Below, piece by piece: positions 1 through 47,136 of a stretch of DNA of 64,000 nucleotides (positions are counted from its first letter, which is position 1; every line of letters starts with the position of its first letter). A program made the position numbers and the translations under genes. The stretch lies in contig NC_086097.1 in NCBI RefSeq assembly GCF_963921235.1, positions 167,960,001-168,024,000 on the forward strand, in the 5' to 3' direction. The DNA comes from Mobula hypostoma. Its lineage: Eukaryota. A model generated the notes under the pieces. It was not told where the DNA came from, did not search any database, and saw only the letters and a list, made by a program, of their open reading frames with translations.

Positions 1-489
1 AGAAATAGGGACGTATCAATATTCAAATGCGCCTTGTACACAGTTCGCTGGAAGCTGAGATGCAACCTGAAAGGGAAGTGGTTGTTAGTCTTTATTGCTG
101 GAAGATTTGTATACGAGACAGACAACCTTGACCCACCTGCAATTTGCCTACCACCAAAACAGGTCCACTGTGGAAGCCATCTCCCTGGCCCTACATTCAT
201 CTTTGGAACAAATGGGCAACAAAGACACCCATGTCAGACTTTATTGACTACAGCTCTGCTTTCGAAACCATAATTCCAAACAAACTCATCTCCACCCTCC
301 TAGTCCAAGGACTCAGTATCTCCCTCTGCAACTGAATCCTTGTCTTCCTGACAAGTAAGGATAGGCAGTGACACCTCCTCCACAATTATCCTCAACACCA
401 ATGCCTGCAAGGCTACATCCTCAAACATGTACTCCATAAACTCTCACGACTGTGTGACCAAATTCTGCGCTAGCTCCACCCTTCTGCAG

Positions 490-1620
490 CTTTTTCAGAT
501 ATACAAGAAGTAAAAGAGAGGTGAGAGTGGGTATTGGGCCACTGGAGAATGACGTTGGAGATCTAATAATGGGGGATAAAGAAACAGCAGACGGACTGAA
601 TAAGTATTTTGCGTCAGTCTTCACTGTGAAAGACACAGTGGCAGAATGCTAAAAATGCAAGAGTGTCAGGAGGCAGAAGTGAGGGCAATTGCTATTACTA
701 AGGAGAAGGTGCTTGGAAAGCTGAGAGTCTGGAGGTAGATAAGTCACCTGGAACAGATGGACTACAACCCAGAGTTCTGAAAGAGGTAGCTAAAGAGATT
801 GTGGAGGCATTAGTAATGATAGTTCAAGAATCACTAGATTCTGGCATGGTTCCGGAGGACTGGAAAATTGCAAATATCATTCCACTCTTTAAGAAGGAAA
901 AGAGCCAGAAGGAAAGAAACTGTAACTATAAGCCAGTTGGCCTGACTTCAGCAGTTGGGAAGAAGTTGGAGTCCATTATTAAGGATGAGGTTTTGGGGTA
1001 CATGAAATCACATGATAATATAGGCCAAAATCAGCATGGTTTCTTTAAAGGGAGATATTGCCTGACAAATCTGTTGGAATTTTTTGAGGAAGTAAGAGGC
1101 AGGATAGACAAAAGAGAGTCGGTGAATCTTGTTTACTTGGATTTTCAGAAGGCCTTTGACAAGTTGCCACACATGAGGCTGCTTAACACGATAAGAGTCC
1201 ATGGTATTACAGGAAGGATATTATAATAGAAGATTGGCTAACTGGCAGGAGGCAGAGTGGGAATACAGGGGTCCTTTTTAGTTGGCTGTCAGTGATTAGT
1301 GTTATTCCACAGAGTTCTGAATTCGGATTGCTTCTTTTCATGTTATATATAAATGATCGGATGACAGATTTTGTGGTCAAGTTTGCAGACAATACAAAGA
1401 TAGGTAGTGTTGAGAAAACAAGGAGTCTGCAGAAGGATTTAGACAGATCAGGAGAATGGGCAGAGAAGTGGCAGATGGAATATAGTGTTGGGAAGTGTAT
1501 GGTCATGCACTTTTGTAGAAGGATAATGTTATAGACTATTTTCTAAATGTGAAGAAAATTCAAAAATCAGAGGTGCAAAGTGACGTGGAAGGCCTTATGC
1601 AGTATTCCCTAACTTGCAGA
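490..1620 (+). mobile_element. Degenerate CR1-like LINE ORF2/RT fragment (3' end resumes at about 3277-3640)
   Basis: ORFs 801-1226 ([29 protein letters not shown]) and 1292-1534 (KFADNTK); 3303-3554 encodes the CR1 C-terminal SRTRGHS motif. Confidence 0.85.
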
Positions 1621-3276
1621 AACCTATCGAAACCCTTCTACCCCTCCTCACAGTCCCGCACCCTGCTCTCATGACTATACCCCTTCCCCACACGAAACCA
1701 CCACGGTGGGCTTCACAGCTGAACAGGTGAGAAGACAGCTGAAACTTCTCAACCCAAGCAAGGCTGCAGGACCGGATGTTGTCAGTACCAGGGTGCTCAA
1801 AGCCTGTGCCCCTCAGCTATGTGGAGTACTTCGCCATGTATTCAACCTGAGCCTGAGGCTCCGGAGGGTTCCTGTACTGTGGAAGACGTCCTGCCTCGTC
1901 CCTGTGCCGAAGACGCCGCGCCCCAGCGGCCTCAATGACTACAGACCGGTGGCATTGACCTCCCACATCATGAAGACCCCGGAGAGACTTGTTCTGGAGC
2001 TGCTCTGGCCTATGGTCAGGCCGCACTTAGATCCCCTCCAATTCGCCTACCAGCCCTGACTAGGAGTTGAGGATGCCATCGTCCACCTGCTGAACTGTGT
2101 CTATGCCCAACTGGACAAGCCAGTGACCACTGTGAGGGTCATGTTTTTTGACTTCAGTGCATTCAACACCATCCACCCTGCTCTGCTGGGGGAGAAGCTG
2201 ACAGCGATGCAGGTGGATGCTTCCCTGGTATCATGGATTCTTGACTACCTGACTGGCAGACCACAGTACGTGTGCTTGCAACACTGTGTGTCCGACAGAG
2301 TGATCAGCAGCACTGGGGCTCCACAGAGGACTACCCTGTCTCCCTTTCTCTTCACCATTTACACCTCGGACTTCAACTACTGCACAGAGTCTTGTCATCT
2401 TCAGAAGTTTTCGGATGACTCTGCCATAGTTGGATGCATCAGCAAGGGAGATGAGGCTGAGTACAGGGCTATGGTAGGAAACTTTGTCATATGGTGTGAG
2501 CAGAATTATCTGCAGCTTAATGTGAAAAAGACTAAGGAGCTGCTGGTAGACCTGAGGAGAGCTAAGCTAAGGTACCGGTGACCCTTGTTTCCATCCAGGG
2601 GGTCAGTGTGGACATGGTGGAGGATTACAAATACCTGGGGATACGAATTGACAATAAACTGGACTGGTCAAAGAACACTGAGGCTGTCTACAAGAAGGGT
2701 CAGAGCCGTCTCTATTTCCTGAGGAGACTGAGGTCCTTTAACATCTGCCGGACAATGCTGAGGATGTTCTACGAGTCTGTGGTGGCCAGTGCTATCATGT
2801 TTGCTGTTGTGTGCTGGGGCAGCAGGCTGAGGGTAGCGGACACCAACAGAGTCAACAAACTCATTCATAAGGCCAGTGATGTTGTGGGGATGGAACTGGA
2901 CTCTCTGGCGGTGGTGTCTGAAAAGAGGATGCTGTCCAAGTTGCATGCCATCTTGGACAATGTCTCCCATCCATTACATAATGTACTGGGTGGGCACAGG
3001 AGTACATTCAGCCAGAGACTCATTCCACCGAGACGCAGCACAGAGCGTCATAGGAAGTCATTCCTGCCTGTGGCCATCAAACTTTACAACTCCTCCCTTG
3101 GAGGGTCAGACACCCTGAGCCAATAGGCTGGTCCTGGACTTATTTCATAATTTACTGGCATAATTTACATACTACTATTTTAACTACTAATGGTTCTATT
3201 ACTGTTTATTATTTATGGTGCAACTGTAACGAAAACCGATTTCCCCCGGGATCAATAAAGTATGACTATGACTATG
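1621..3276 (+). mobile_element. 5'-truncated Rex1/Babar-like LINE nested in CR1
   Basis: RT pieces 1706-2059, 2123-2581 (DFSAFNTI, GAPQ, KFSDD) and 2578-3126; ends with AATAAA followed by a (TATGAC)n tail at 3261-3276. Confidence 0.85.
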
Positions 3277-4487
3277 AATATTGAAAGGCCAAGATAGAGT
3301 GGATGTGGAGAAAATATATCCTTATAGAGCGTGAGTCTAGGACGAGAGGACACAGCCTCAGAATAGAAGGACATCCTTTTAGAACAGAGATGAGGAGGAA
3401 TTTCTTTAGCCAGTGGATGGTGAATCTGTCTATTTCATTGCCCCATATGGCTGTGGATGCTATGTCATTGGATATATTTAAAGCAGAGGTTGATAGGTTT
3501 GTGATTAGTCAGGATGTCAAAGGCTACAGGGAGAAGACAGGAGAATGGGATTGAGAGGGATAATGAATCAGTCATGATGGAATGGTGGAATAGACTGAAT
3601 GTGTCGTATGGCCTAATTCTGCTCCTATGTCTTATGGTCTGTGGTATTATTTTTCCCATTTGCCCACACTAATTGTACCTGATCCACAATGTCCACTGGC
3701 AGCATGTTCCAAATATCAGCCACACTCCATCTAAACAAGACTTTCCCCTCATGAATCTTGATGAAGGGTCTTGGCCCAAAACGTCAACTGTTTATTTCCT
3801 CCCATCTATACTATCTGACCTGCTGAGTTCCTCTGGCAATTTGTGTGTGTTGTTGATCAACCCTTATGTGTCCATGATATCTAACACTTTCTACTTCTTA
3901 ATACTGACTGTTTCCAGATTATCCACACAACGCTTCTTGAACTCACTATCTTCTGTCCTTCTCCTTAGTGAATACAGATAAGAAGTATTTATTTAAGACC
4001 TCGCCCATATCACATACTTCACACATTAATTTTGTTGTTAGGGGACCCATTCTTTCCCAAGCTATCTTCTTGCTCCTGAAATATTTATGTGACTTATCCT
4101 TAATTTTCTCTTCCTCAATTTTTTTCTTAAATTCTCTCCCACACACATTATATTTCTCAAGTGATTAGCATGATCCCAGTTGCCTATAACTTTCATATTT
4201 TTCCTTTACTTTCCGAAACAAACCTTCAATATTCTTTGTCATCCAATGTCCATAATCTTGTTATCTATGTCTTTCACCCTTACTGGAATGTGCTGACTCT
4301 GAACTCCAACTAACCCTCTTTTAAAAGACTTTTTTTTGTCAAGGTTCCCATTTGTCAGATGTTGTTTAATCTGGAAGCATCTGCCCCAATCTGCTTTCCT
4401 CGGCCTTCCTAATTCAAGACCTTAACTTGAAGACGAGCCTTTTTTTTTCAAAGTTCAAATTACAAACGTTTGTAAATTTATTACTTA

Positions 4488-4987
4488 CTCTCAGTGGTCA
4501 CTTTATTAGGTATACCTGTACATCTCGTCAATGCAAATATCTAATCAGCCAATCATGGAGACATGATTAACTGGTTCAGTTGTTGTTCAGACCAAGTATC
4601 AGAATGTGGAAGAAATGTGATTAAGTGCCTTTGACCATGGAATGATTGTTGGTGCTAGATGGCGTGGTTTGAATATTTCAGGAACTGCTGATCTCCTGGG
4701 ATTTTCACGCTCAACAGAGCTTACGAAGAATAGTGCAAAAAACAAAAAAATATCCAGTAGGTGGTAGTTCTGTGGGCGAGAACACCTTGTTAATGAGAGA
4801 GGTCAGAGGAGATTGGCCAGACTGGTCCATACTGACAGTAACTCAAATAACCATGCGTTACAACAGTAGTGTGCAGAAAACTAATCCCTGAACGAACAAC
4901 ACATTGAACCTTGAGTTGCCTGGGTTACAGTGGCAGAAGACCATGAACATGCACTCAGGAGGCACCCAATAAAATGGCCACTGAGTG
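4488..4987 (+). mobile_element. Non-autonomous Tc1-like element (about 500 bp)
   Basis: Imperfect TIRs CTCTCAGTGGTCACTTTATT / AATAAAATGGCCACTGAGTG flanked by TA; transposase N-terminal remnants inside. Confidence 0.7.
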
Positions 4988-5567
4988 TATACGTTGTCAT
5001 GTACTATCCCTGAGATTCATATAATTACATTGAAATATACAGAATGATAGTCACTATTCCTAAAATGTCCTCTACTGACACATCGGCCATCCACCCACTG
5101 TCATTGCCTGAGGTATGACTGCATACAGCTCCATCTCTAGAAGGTCTGTCTGTATGTTGTCTCAGAAACTTCCTTGGAATCATTTACCAAGTATCACCCC
5201 TTGGATTAAAGCTATCCCAATCTATATTGGGGATGCAAAAACCCCCACTTTTTAAACCCTATTTATTGCCCTTACGCCGTTCTGCCATTTGCTTATGTAT
5301 CTGTTCCTCTAATTCGCACTGATTGTTTGGAGGCCTGGAGGCCCCATCTAAGTGATCACTGCTCTTGTACTGTGTTCTACCCATACTGGATGATTCTTCC
5401 AGGGTATCCTTTCTAACTGCTGCTGACATGTTAACCTCAATCAATGACGTGATTTCCCCTCTATCATGTCTGAAACTTCAGTACCCCGGAACACTGAGCT
5501 GCCACTTCTGCCTTTGTCTACGTTCTATGTTCCTTCAACCATATTTTCAGGTTTGCAGTAACTTCAT

Positions 5568-6610
5568 AATCAGAATCAGAATCATGTTTACTATCACCGG
5601 CATGTGACGTGAAATTTGTTAACTTAGCAGCAGCAGTTCAATGCAATACATAATACAGATGAGAAAAAAATAAAAATAATAATATAATAAATCAATTACA
5701 GTATACATATATTGAATAGATTTTTTTAAATGTGCAAAAAAACAGAAATACTGTATATTTAAAAAAAAGTGGGATGGTGTCCAAGAGTTCAAAGTCCATT
5801 TAGGGATCAGATGGCAGAGGGGAAGAAGTTGTTCCTGAATCGCCGAGTGTGTGCCTTCAGGCTTCTGTATCTCCTACCTGATGGTAACAGTGAGAAAAGG
5901 GCATGCTCTGGGTGTTGGAGGCCTTTAATAATGGACGCTGCCTTTCTGAGACACTGCTCCCTGAAGATGTCCTGGGTACTTTGTAGGCTAGTACCCAAGA
6001 TGGAGCTGACTAGATTTACAATCCTCTGCAGCTTTTTTTGGTCCTGTGCAGTAGCCCCCCGCCCCCAATACCAGACAGTGATGCATCCTGTCAGAATGCT
6101 CTCCACAGTATCTTTGTAGAAGTTCTTGATTGTACTTGTTGACATGCCAAATCTCTTCAAACTCCTAAAGAAATATAGCCGCTGTCTTGCCTTCTTTATA
6201 ACTACATCAATATGTTGGGACCAGGTTAGATCCTCAGAGATCTTGACACCCAGGAACTTGAAACTGTTCACTCTCTCCACGTCTGATCCCTCTATGAGGA
6301 TTGGTATGTGTTCCTTTGTCTTACCCTTCCTGAAGACCACAATCAGCTCTTTCGTCTTACTGACGTTGAGTGCCAGGTTGTTGCTGCAGCACCACTCCAC
6401 TAGTTGGCATATCTCACTCCTGTACACCCTCTCATCACCACCTGAGATTCTACCAAAAATGGTTCAGATAACAATTCATCAGCAAATTTATAGATGGTAC
6501 TTGAGCTATGCCTAGCCACACAATCATATGCATATAGAGAATAGAGCAAGAAGGCTAAGCTCACACCTCTGAGGTGCGCCAATGTTGTCACCAATCCGGT
6601 TAGGAAGTCA
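5568..6610 (-). mobile_element. 5'-truncated Rex-like LINE
   Basis: ORF 5807-6427 (LNVSKTKELIV, FKFLGV, KARQRLYF) and an (ATTCTG)n tail seen on + as AATCAG repeats at 5568-5584. Confidence 0.8.
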
Positions 6611-7269
6611 AAGAGCTTCAAAAAGATGATCTATGCTCTCAGCTCATTCGCCAGAAGAGGTTTCTTTCTCTTCAACCTGTCCATTTTCTGCTTGATTTAC
6701 ACTGTCAAAGCAATTGATCCATGGATGCTTCGTTGATGCCGATAATAACAGGGATAATAATTGACTGCTGTGTGAGGAATAGGCAGCTTCTCTCAGTAGA
6801 TTTACGGTAAGCACGGTTCTGATAAAAAGCTCTTTGATGACCTCTGCTGGTGGAACAGAAAATAGTTTTCAGCAAATTTGTATTTTGATATTAACAAAAT
6901 ACAACAAAATTAACTGCTTTGCAAGGGGGTACTCAAGGGTACAATTATATCCCAATTCAATGGAGCCTTTCTGAGGGTGAATTTTTGACTTCTGCTTGGT
7001 GACCCTCTTAGCCTGTGGGTCCACAGGCAAGAAGTGAGATTGATGTAAAATCTATTTTGAGTCAGCATGGACACCGTGAGAAAAATGGCTTCCTTCTGCA
7101 CTGTGTCTGTGATTCGATGTTTCTCTTTATGCTGCAAATTACTTTCTAGCATTACCCCTGAATTTCTTCTCATTCAGCATGGGAACGGGACCTTGGAACA
7201 ACCAGGTTCACGACCGCCATTAAACATTCACTTGCATCGATCCTGCACTAATCCATTCTGTTACCCCCA

Positions 7270-7510
7270 CATTCTCGTCATCTGTGTTCCCCAGCCCCAC
7301 CCAAATTCTCCTGGCAACACATCAGGGCCAGTGAACCTACCAGTCTGCCTGTCTTTGAGATGTGGGAGGAAAGCGGAGCCCCCAGAGGAAACTGGTGGTC
7401 AGAGGGGGAAGGTGCAGACTCCATACAGAGGGCACTGAAGGTCAGGGTTGAACACAGATCACTGGAGCGGAGAGGCAATGATTCTACCAGCCACTGTGCC
7501 ACCCATCCCA
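7270..7510 (-). mobile_element. V-SINE/HE1-like SINE, degenerate
   Basis: Motif GTGGGAGGAAAGCGGAG..GGAAAC..GTGCAGACTCCATACAG, with tRNA-like A/B boxes on the minus strand; related copies at about 20940-21250 and 50830-51120. Confidence 0.6.
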
Positions 7511-10141
7511 CTCAAAGGGAATAGTCTGTTCACTGGAGTTGATCCGATCAGTTCTTACCATCGCTCCTCTCCACTCTAGGTCCCACCACAGACCACAGCT
7601 CTGAACCCAGGCTGTAATTTGAGAACCTGTAAAAGAAACAGAGGAGAACTGCATCCAATGCTTTCACGTTGTTAACCGTACCCCTCTGTCTGCCAGTATC
7701 AAATGAACACAGCTTTTATATATACAGTATAGGAAGTGTTTCTCCCTTCCCCATCCATCATTGAGACTGCGCAGTGTCAGTGGGTCAGCTGTGCTCTGTA
7801 CTGTAGTGACTCTGTGAAATGTGAGCTTGTATTGCTGGCAGCTGAGGTAGCTTGCTTTCAATATAAGTGAAAATAAATCCCATTTAAAATGCAACAACTT
7901 TGGGTTATGAATGAGTGTGGGGCAAGTGTAAATTTTAGGGCAGTCAGTGGCTATCTCTACAATAAGCAAGAGCGAGCGTCACTGCCAGCTACTATGTCCA
8001 TGAATTGTTGCCGTGTTTTGTCAGTTTATCAGTCACATAGCAGAATCAGATTTATTATCACTGAGGTATGACATGAAATTTGTTTGTTTATTGTCTCTTC
8101 ACTTATCTTCCAATTTATGGTAATTTTATGTCTTTCCTGTGCACTGTTGCTACAAAATAAATTTCATATCAATCAGTGATAATAAACTGACTTGTTGTTT
8201 TGTGGAAGCAGTACAGTGCAAAGACATAAAAATACTATAAATTATAAAATAAATAAATAGTGCAGAAATTAAAGGAATAATGAGGTAGTCTTCATGGGTT
8301 CCAGCATCTGCAGATATTTTTTTCTTGTTTGTGAGTCTTCATGGGTTCATGGGCTGTTCAGAAATATGATGGCAGAGAAGAAGAAGCTATTTCTGAATCA
8401 GCGATTGTGGGTTTTTGGACTCTTCTACTTCCTCCACAATGGTAGCGACGAGAAAACAGTATGTCCCAAATGGTGGGGGTCTTTAATGATGGATACCACC
8501 TGTCTGAGGCACCACTTTAGAAGATGCCCTCGATGCTCAGGAGAGTTTTGCCCGTGATGGAGCTGGCTAAGTCTACAAACCCCCTGTTGTCTCTTGCAAT
8601 CCTCGTACAGGAGCCTCCATACCAACCTGTGCTGCAACCAGTCCAAATGGTGCCACAGTACATCTGCGGAATCTGTAGAACACATCTCTGTGTTTAAAAT
8701 CAATGTAACAAAGTATGTGCTGAAAGTACTCAGCAGCTCAAGCAGCATCTGTGGGAGAGAAAGGAATGTTTGATGTTAAGGGTTGGAACCCTGCATCAGG
8801 ACTGACAGAGGAGAGGCAAGGTGCCCAGTAAAAAAAGAAAAGGAGTGGTGAGACCCAACACTCACAACTCTCACCATTTCTCTTCTCTTTGTACTGGCCA
8901 TCTCACCTCTGCACTCTCAGTCCTAAAGCAGGGTTCCAACCTGAACCACTGACAAGTCCCTTCCTCCCACAGATGCTGCTCAATTCACTAAGCTCCTCCA
9001 GCAGATTGTTTGTTGCTCCGTATTTCTGCATCTGCTGTCTCTTGTGTCTTCTTTAAAATCAGCCTGTTTGCTCAGTATTGGCACAATGTAGAACTCTTAT
9101 GGGAGATAGAAGGTTAATGCCTCAGTATTTTATATCTCAGCTGAAGTAGCCTATGAGACTGACTGGGGCTTTGGAGTGAGTAGGTAATACTGGGAATCTG
9201 AACCAAATATGAGGAGTGGAAGCGGGGCCTTTCGGTGGTCAAACGAGAGTAAAAAACCTTCACCAGAAATCACACGATCTGCCTTTTTACAATGATCTTG
9301 CATGGCAGCATATAAGTATCAGAAATTCTACAGTAACATTGCCTGGACTCAAAAGGCCTGAATTATACGGAGAGATAGGGCAGATCAAGACTTTATTCCT
9401 TGGAACACTGGAGACCGAGGAGTGACCTTATAGAGATGGATAAAATCATGAAGGGCAGAAATAGAAGTCTTTTTTTCTCAGGGAAAGAGAACCATAACCA
9501 CTAAGGTGAAGGTTTAAGGTAAGAGGAGAAAGTCTTAAGGGAACTGAGGGGCATCTTCTTCACCCGTAGTGTGGTGCGTGCATAAAACAAACTGCCATAG
9601 AAAGTAGTTGAGGCTGATGCCATGATATCTTTTAGAAGATATTTGTGTAATTATATGGATAGGAAAAGTTTACAGAGTTAAGGGCCAAACGCAGAAAAAT
9701 GACACTAGCTTAAGTGGGAACCTTAGTCAGTGTGGACAAGTTACGGATAAGGGTCTGTTTCTTTGTTGTATTCTCTGTAATTCTTTAAACCAGCTTCTGG
9801 GGATCCTTCCTCACTGGTCAAGTGATGAGATTATCCCTCCCAGCCTACAAGGTTAATTTAGTAATAACTCGGTCAATGTGGGTGGGAGGGGAATCATTCC
9901 GACCAGCGCACACCAAATGGCCAAGAGGCCCGTGTGTTAGCCATGCATACTGTCCACTGTAGTTTGTAGTAAAGCATCAATGGCCTCAAGTTTCATGTTG
10001 CAGACTTATTTGTTAAACTAGCATCTTTCTCTTCCTCTTGCTTCAAAATAATTATTTTGTGTGGTACAATAACCTTGCTTAACTTTCTAGTTGTAGATGA
10101 AAAACTGAGTGTAACTGTGATGTTTTGATTTTCTTTTCCAG

Positions 10142-43249
<33,108 letters not shown>

Positions 43250-44735
43250 TGGAGAATCAATGTGACTTCTTGATTTTTTTGGACTCTGGTGGTTTCCTTA
43301 CCCTTGACCTGCCCACGCATGGTGGAAGAAATGCGAGAGATGTATGTCAACTTTGCTCTCTCAACACTGTTTGTTCTTCATTCCTGACTTCACTTTCTTT
43401 TGTGCACTTCACTCTGTGTTAGTTTGTTTCTCCTCCCTGGTTCTACCAAGACCTCTGGTTACCTCCTGTGTCCTAACAGAAGTCTGGGTAAATACCTCTG
43501 CCTGCCTCCCAACAGCTTATGGCTCTGCTGCTCCCTGCCGGCCCCTGTCCTCGGGCAGCCGATGACAGCCCCATCTTCAGATCCCACTCTCTCTCTTTCT
43601 CTCTGAGCTTCTTTACAACACAATGCTCAAGAGTACTTGATGGGGAATATATATTAGGGACGACAATGCACTTTTTTGCATCAGGGTAATTAAAAAAAAA
43701 CTTGTTGAGGAAGTTCACACAATGTAGCAGCACCAGGACATGTAATAGTTTCATGGTTTTCAGCATTAAGAATTGCAGTTCGGCTGAAAAAAGGACCTGG
43801 TCTTCAGTCACTTGAGGCGAAGGATTAGTAAGGAGGCAGGGTGTCTGAGTCCTACATGTAGGAGATATTTTCTGAGGTCTTGGAGTTATTGAGTCTCACC
43901 ACACGTTAGATCTTGAACAGGGACTGCTTTGACCTAGCCACGTGAGCTGAAACCGCCACACACTAACGTTTGTTTAAGCTGTCCACTGTGTGATCATTTA
44001 AGGTTAACTCACGACTGGACAAATAGTCCCAATGTTTGTTTCTCTTTTCTGTTTGTTTCACTGCTGGATTATTATCTTGTACAGACTGTAAAATGTATTA
44101 TTTTGTATAACTTTATTGAAAAGAATACTTGTAGATGATCTTTGTGCCTTGATTATGGCTGTACCTGTAAAATGAGCTAAGATGTAAGTATGTTTGACTG
44201 CGCTGTACAGCTTTATGTCAAAACCCTTTCTACAGCAGTGGCTGCAGACAGGATGTTTATCTGTAGAGATTAGTTTTTTTTCTGGTTTATAAAGAAGGAA
44301 AATGCTCTTTAGTAAAAAAAATGTATAAATTATGCAAATTAACCACTTACCTTTACAAGAAGGGGTCAGAGGTGATGAGATGTTGCAAGATCATGCCTTG
44401 TTTTGGATTCTCAGCTTTAACACATTGGAATCCAGTCGGGCATCCAAAATGCAACGTGGAATTATTTCTATGGGAACCAAGGTTTTTTTTGCTAGAAGTA
44501 TACATGTTTGGTAATTCTTTGGTCATTCATAGACCTTCACAAATGCACAGGCATTGTGAATGTGTGAGCACCATTAGATAGGCTCTTAAATTCTTGTACC
44601 ATCAGCAGCTATTATTGTGCAAGTAAGTAGTAAGAAACAGAAAAAAAAACTAAGGTGTAAACCTTTGTGTCTGGCCTAAGAGAATTACATTTTTATTTCT
44701 CTTTTAATAAAGAGATATGTTAGAAAAGTTTATTT
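43250..44735 (+). other. Putative 3' UTR of the Galpha gene (end uncertain, may extend further)
   Basis: AT-rich, no recognisable transposon, many TGTA motifs; AATAAA at 44706-44711. Confidence 0.55.
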
Positions 44736-46924
44736 TAAATATTGTAGAATTTGAGATGTGTGAAAATTTCTCAGACTTGAATAATTTATGCAAATCACAT
44801 TCTCAGAACAAGTGGTGGTACAGTTTGGAAAATAAGCAAAAATCGCTGTAGCAATAAGGCATGTCCTTTTTAGTAACTATTACACTGCTTTATATTTTAT
44901 ACCTAGGTGTTTTATGTCTCTGTGAGTATATACTTTTCATGTGTCCAGAATAACTTGTACAATTTGTACAATGTTAAAAGAAATTACAGTTACAATAACA
45001 GAAACCCAGTAAGTGTTAATTCTATATTACTTTAAAATGGAGACCTGATGTATGCTGTTCTCTCCTTACATTTCCCCTGTGTATTATGATGTTTTGTTCT
45101 GTTTGTTTTTACATTCTGTGTGCTTAATTAACATCCACAATTGCAAAATTTTGCTGCATTGTACAAATAGAAATGGAGAGCCAAGGACAGCCTTTCTATC
45201 AAGGGAACCACAGAGCGGAGAGGCATGCAAGGGCATATTTTTCTCCCCCTTTCACCAGGTAATCTAAGGATTTGAGCATATATGTACAATATAATAGGTA
45301 TTTGTGTAAAATGCCCTTCCAAAACAGGTACCTTCAATCCCCATGCAAACCAAGAAATTAATGATTCACACCTGTAGCCCCCTGACAACTTCCTGCTGAT
45401 GGATCAGTTTGTAGAGGGGTTGTGTTTCTTGGTGCGGGGTCTATCTTCCCATTTTCAGAGCTCGTGTAAATGAAACTGAAATCAGATGAAATCAGTCAAG
45501 GCTGACGTGAGGCTAAAATCATGGCTGAACTCCAGAACTCCAGACAAAATCCTGAAATTATAACGCATGTGTTTGAAACCCTAAATCTGTCCATTTAATT
45601 AGTTATTATATGTAATTAAGTTTCCCTCAATAATGTGTGACTAGGATATGAAATGCAGTGTGTCTTTTTAACATAGCGTTAGCAAAGTTACCTGCCTGTG
45701 TACAGAGTTCTAAACAATATTTAACTTTATTTTACAATGTAAAGGTGGGCTCTTGGAAACAAAATCCAGCAGATGATGGAAGTTTGAAATTAGCTAATGA
45801 AAACAATATAAACACTCAGCAAGTCAGCGTGTTACTTCAAAGAAGCAGTGTTAATGTTACATCAGATCTGGAAATAGAAAACAAGAGTGTATGTTAACCC
45901 TCAACTTCTTTTGCACATTAGCAGCTGGCCCTGCATGGAAGTAACATCTCCTAAAAGTTTAACTGAATGGGTAATGTCACAGAGGAAGCCACTTCAGCCA
46001 TTTGGTGTTAAGTATCTCTGGATCCCTTTCCATTCAGAGAATTAATTTAAGCAAGAACCATTCTTCAAACTACTTCCATTGAATGTGTTGATACTCAGAA
46101 GCATTGATGGTTTTGAAATCACAAGGAGAAGATATGTAAACAAAGCTCATTGTTGGAACGGTAGGGAGCCACTGAACACAAGTGGCCTGGAAACTAGTTA
46201 CCATTATTTATATAAATGATGATTGGTTACACACAGATATAGATACGTCTGTTTAATGTTGAGAGTTCTACGCATTGTTGCAGAGATGGGTGTGGTGTAG
46301 AGCGATCAAAGAGCCAGATTCACTCTGATCAATCAGCTGTCTGTCGGAAATCACCAACAATACCAGATATTGATTTTGTTCTCTTGCCACTGCTCCCCCT
46401 TCCCTGCCACCTTAGATTTCAGCTTTCATGGTTCTAATGATAGGCCATTGGCCTAAGTTTTTATCTCTGTTTCTGTCTCGATAGATGCAGCCTGATTTGC
46501 TGAGTATCCCCAACAATCCCTGGATACACAAGCAACAGCAGATGCTGGAATCTGCAGCAATGGTCACTTTGCTGGAGAAACTCAGTGGGTCAAACAGCAT
46601 TTGTGGGAAACCTATAGAGTCTTGATGCAAGGTTTCACTTAAAATATCAGCATTTCCTTTCCTCCCACAGATGCTCCTCAACCCTCTAAATTTCTTTGAC
46701 AGATTGTTCATTGCCCACCAATTTCTTGTTTAATTTCTGACTCTTGCCAGCTCAGTCATCATTAGGAAAACAAAGATCTAAAGCAGAAATGTTGAGGGAA
46801 GTGGTTCTTTTGAGTCTTTCTGCTCTCAGCTTCCGAAAGCCTCACTTGGTCTTGGATACAATATCTCATCCCACTGCTCACTGCAATGAACTCATGGAGA
46901 ATAGTTCTAAGTTATTGTAACCCG

Positions 46925-47136
46925 CTGGCTGGTGGCGTAGTGGCGTCAGTGCCAGACTTCAGAGCGAAGACTCCTGAGTTCGAATCCAGCCGGCTCCCTT
47001 GCACGCTTTCCATCTGTGCTGGGTTGAGCGTCGAGCTAGCAACTCAGCCTCATAAAAATAAGAAAGCCTGCTAAAAAAAACGTTGTCATGATGACGTCCC
47101 GATGACTCTACTCGGAGTTAAGGGCTTTTAAAAAAA
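46925..47136 (+). mobile_element. tRNA-derived SINE with A-rich tail
   Basis: A-box TGGCGTAGTGG, B-box AGTTCGAATCC, TSD ATTGTAACCCG (46914-46924, 47137-47147). Confidence 0.88.

Noticed and set aside
1..10141. Upstream Galpha exons (exon 6 or earlier)
   Set aside because: I found no sequence encoding the expected RSNEYQLIDC or P-loop motifs; they probably lie before the window.
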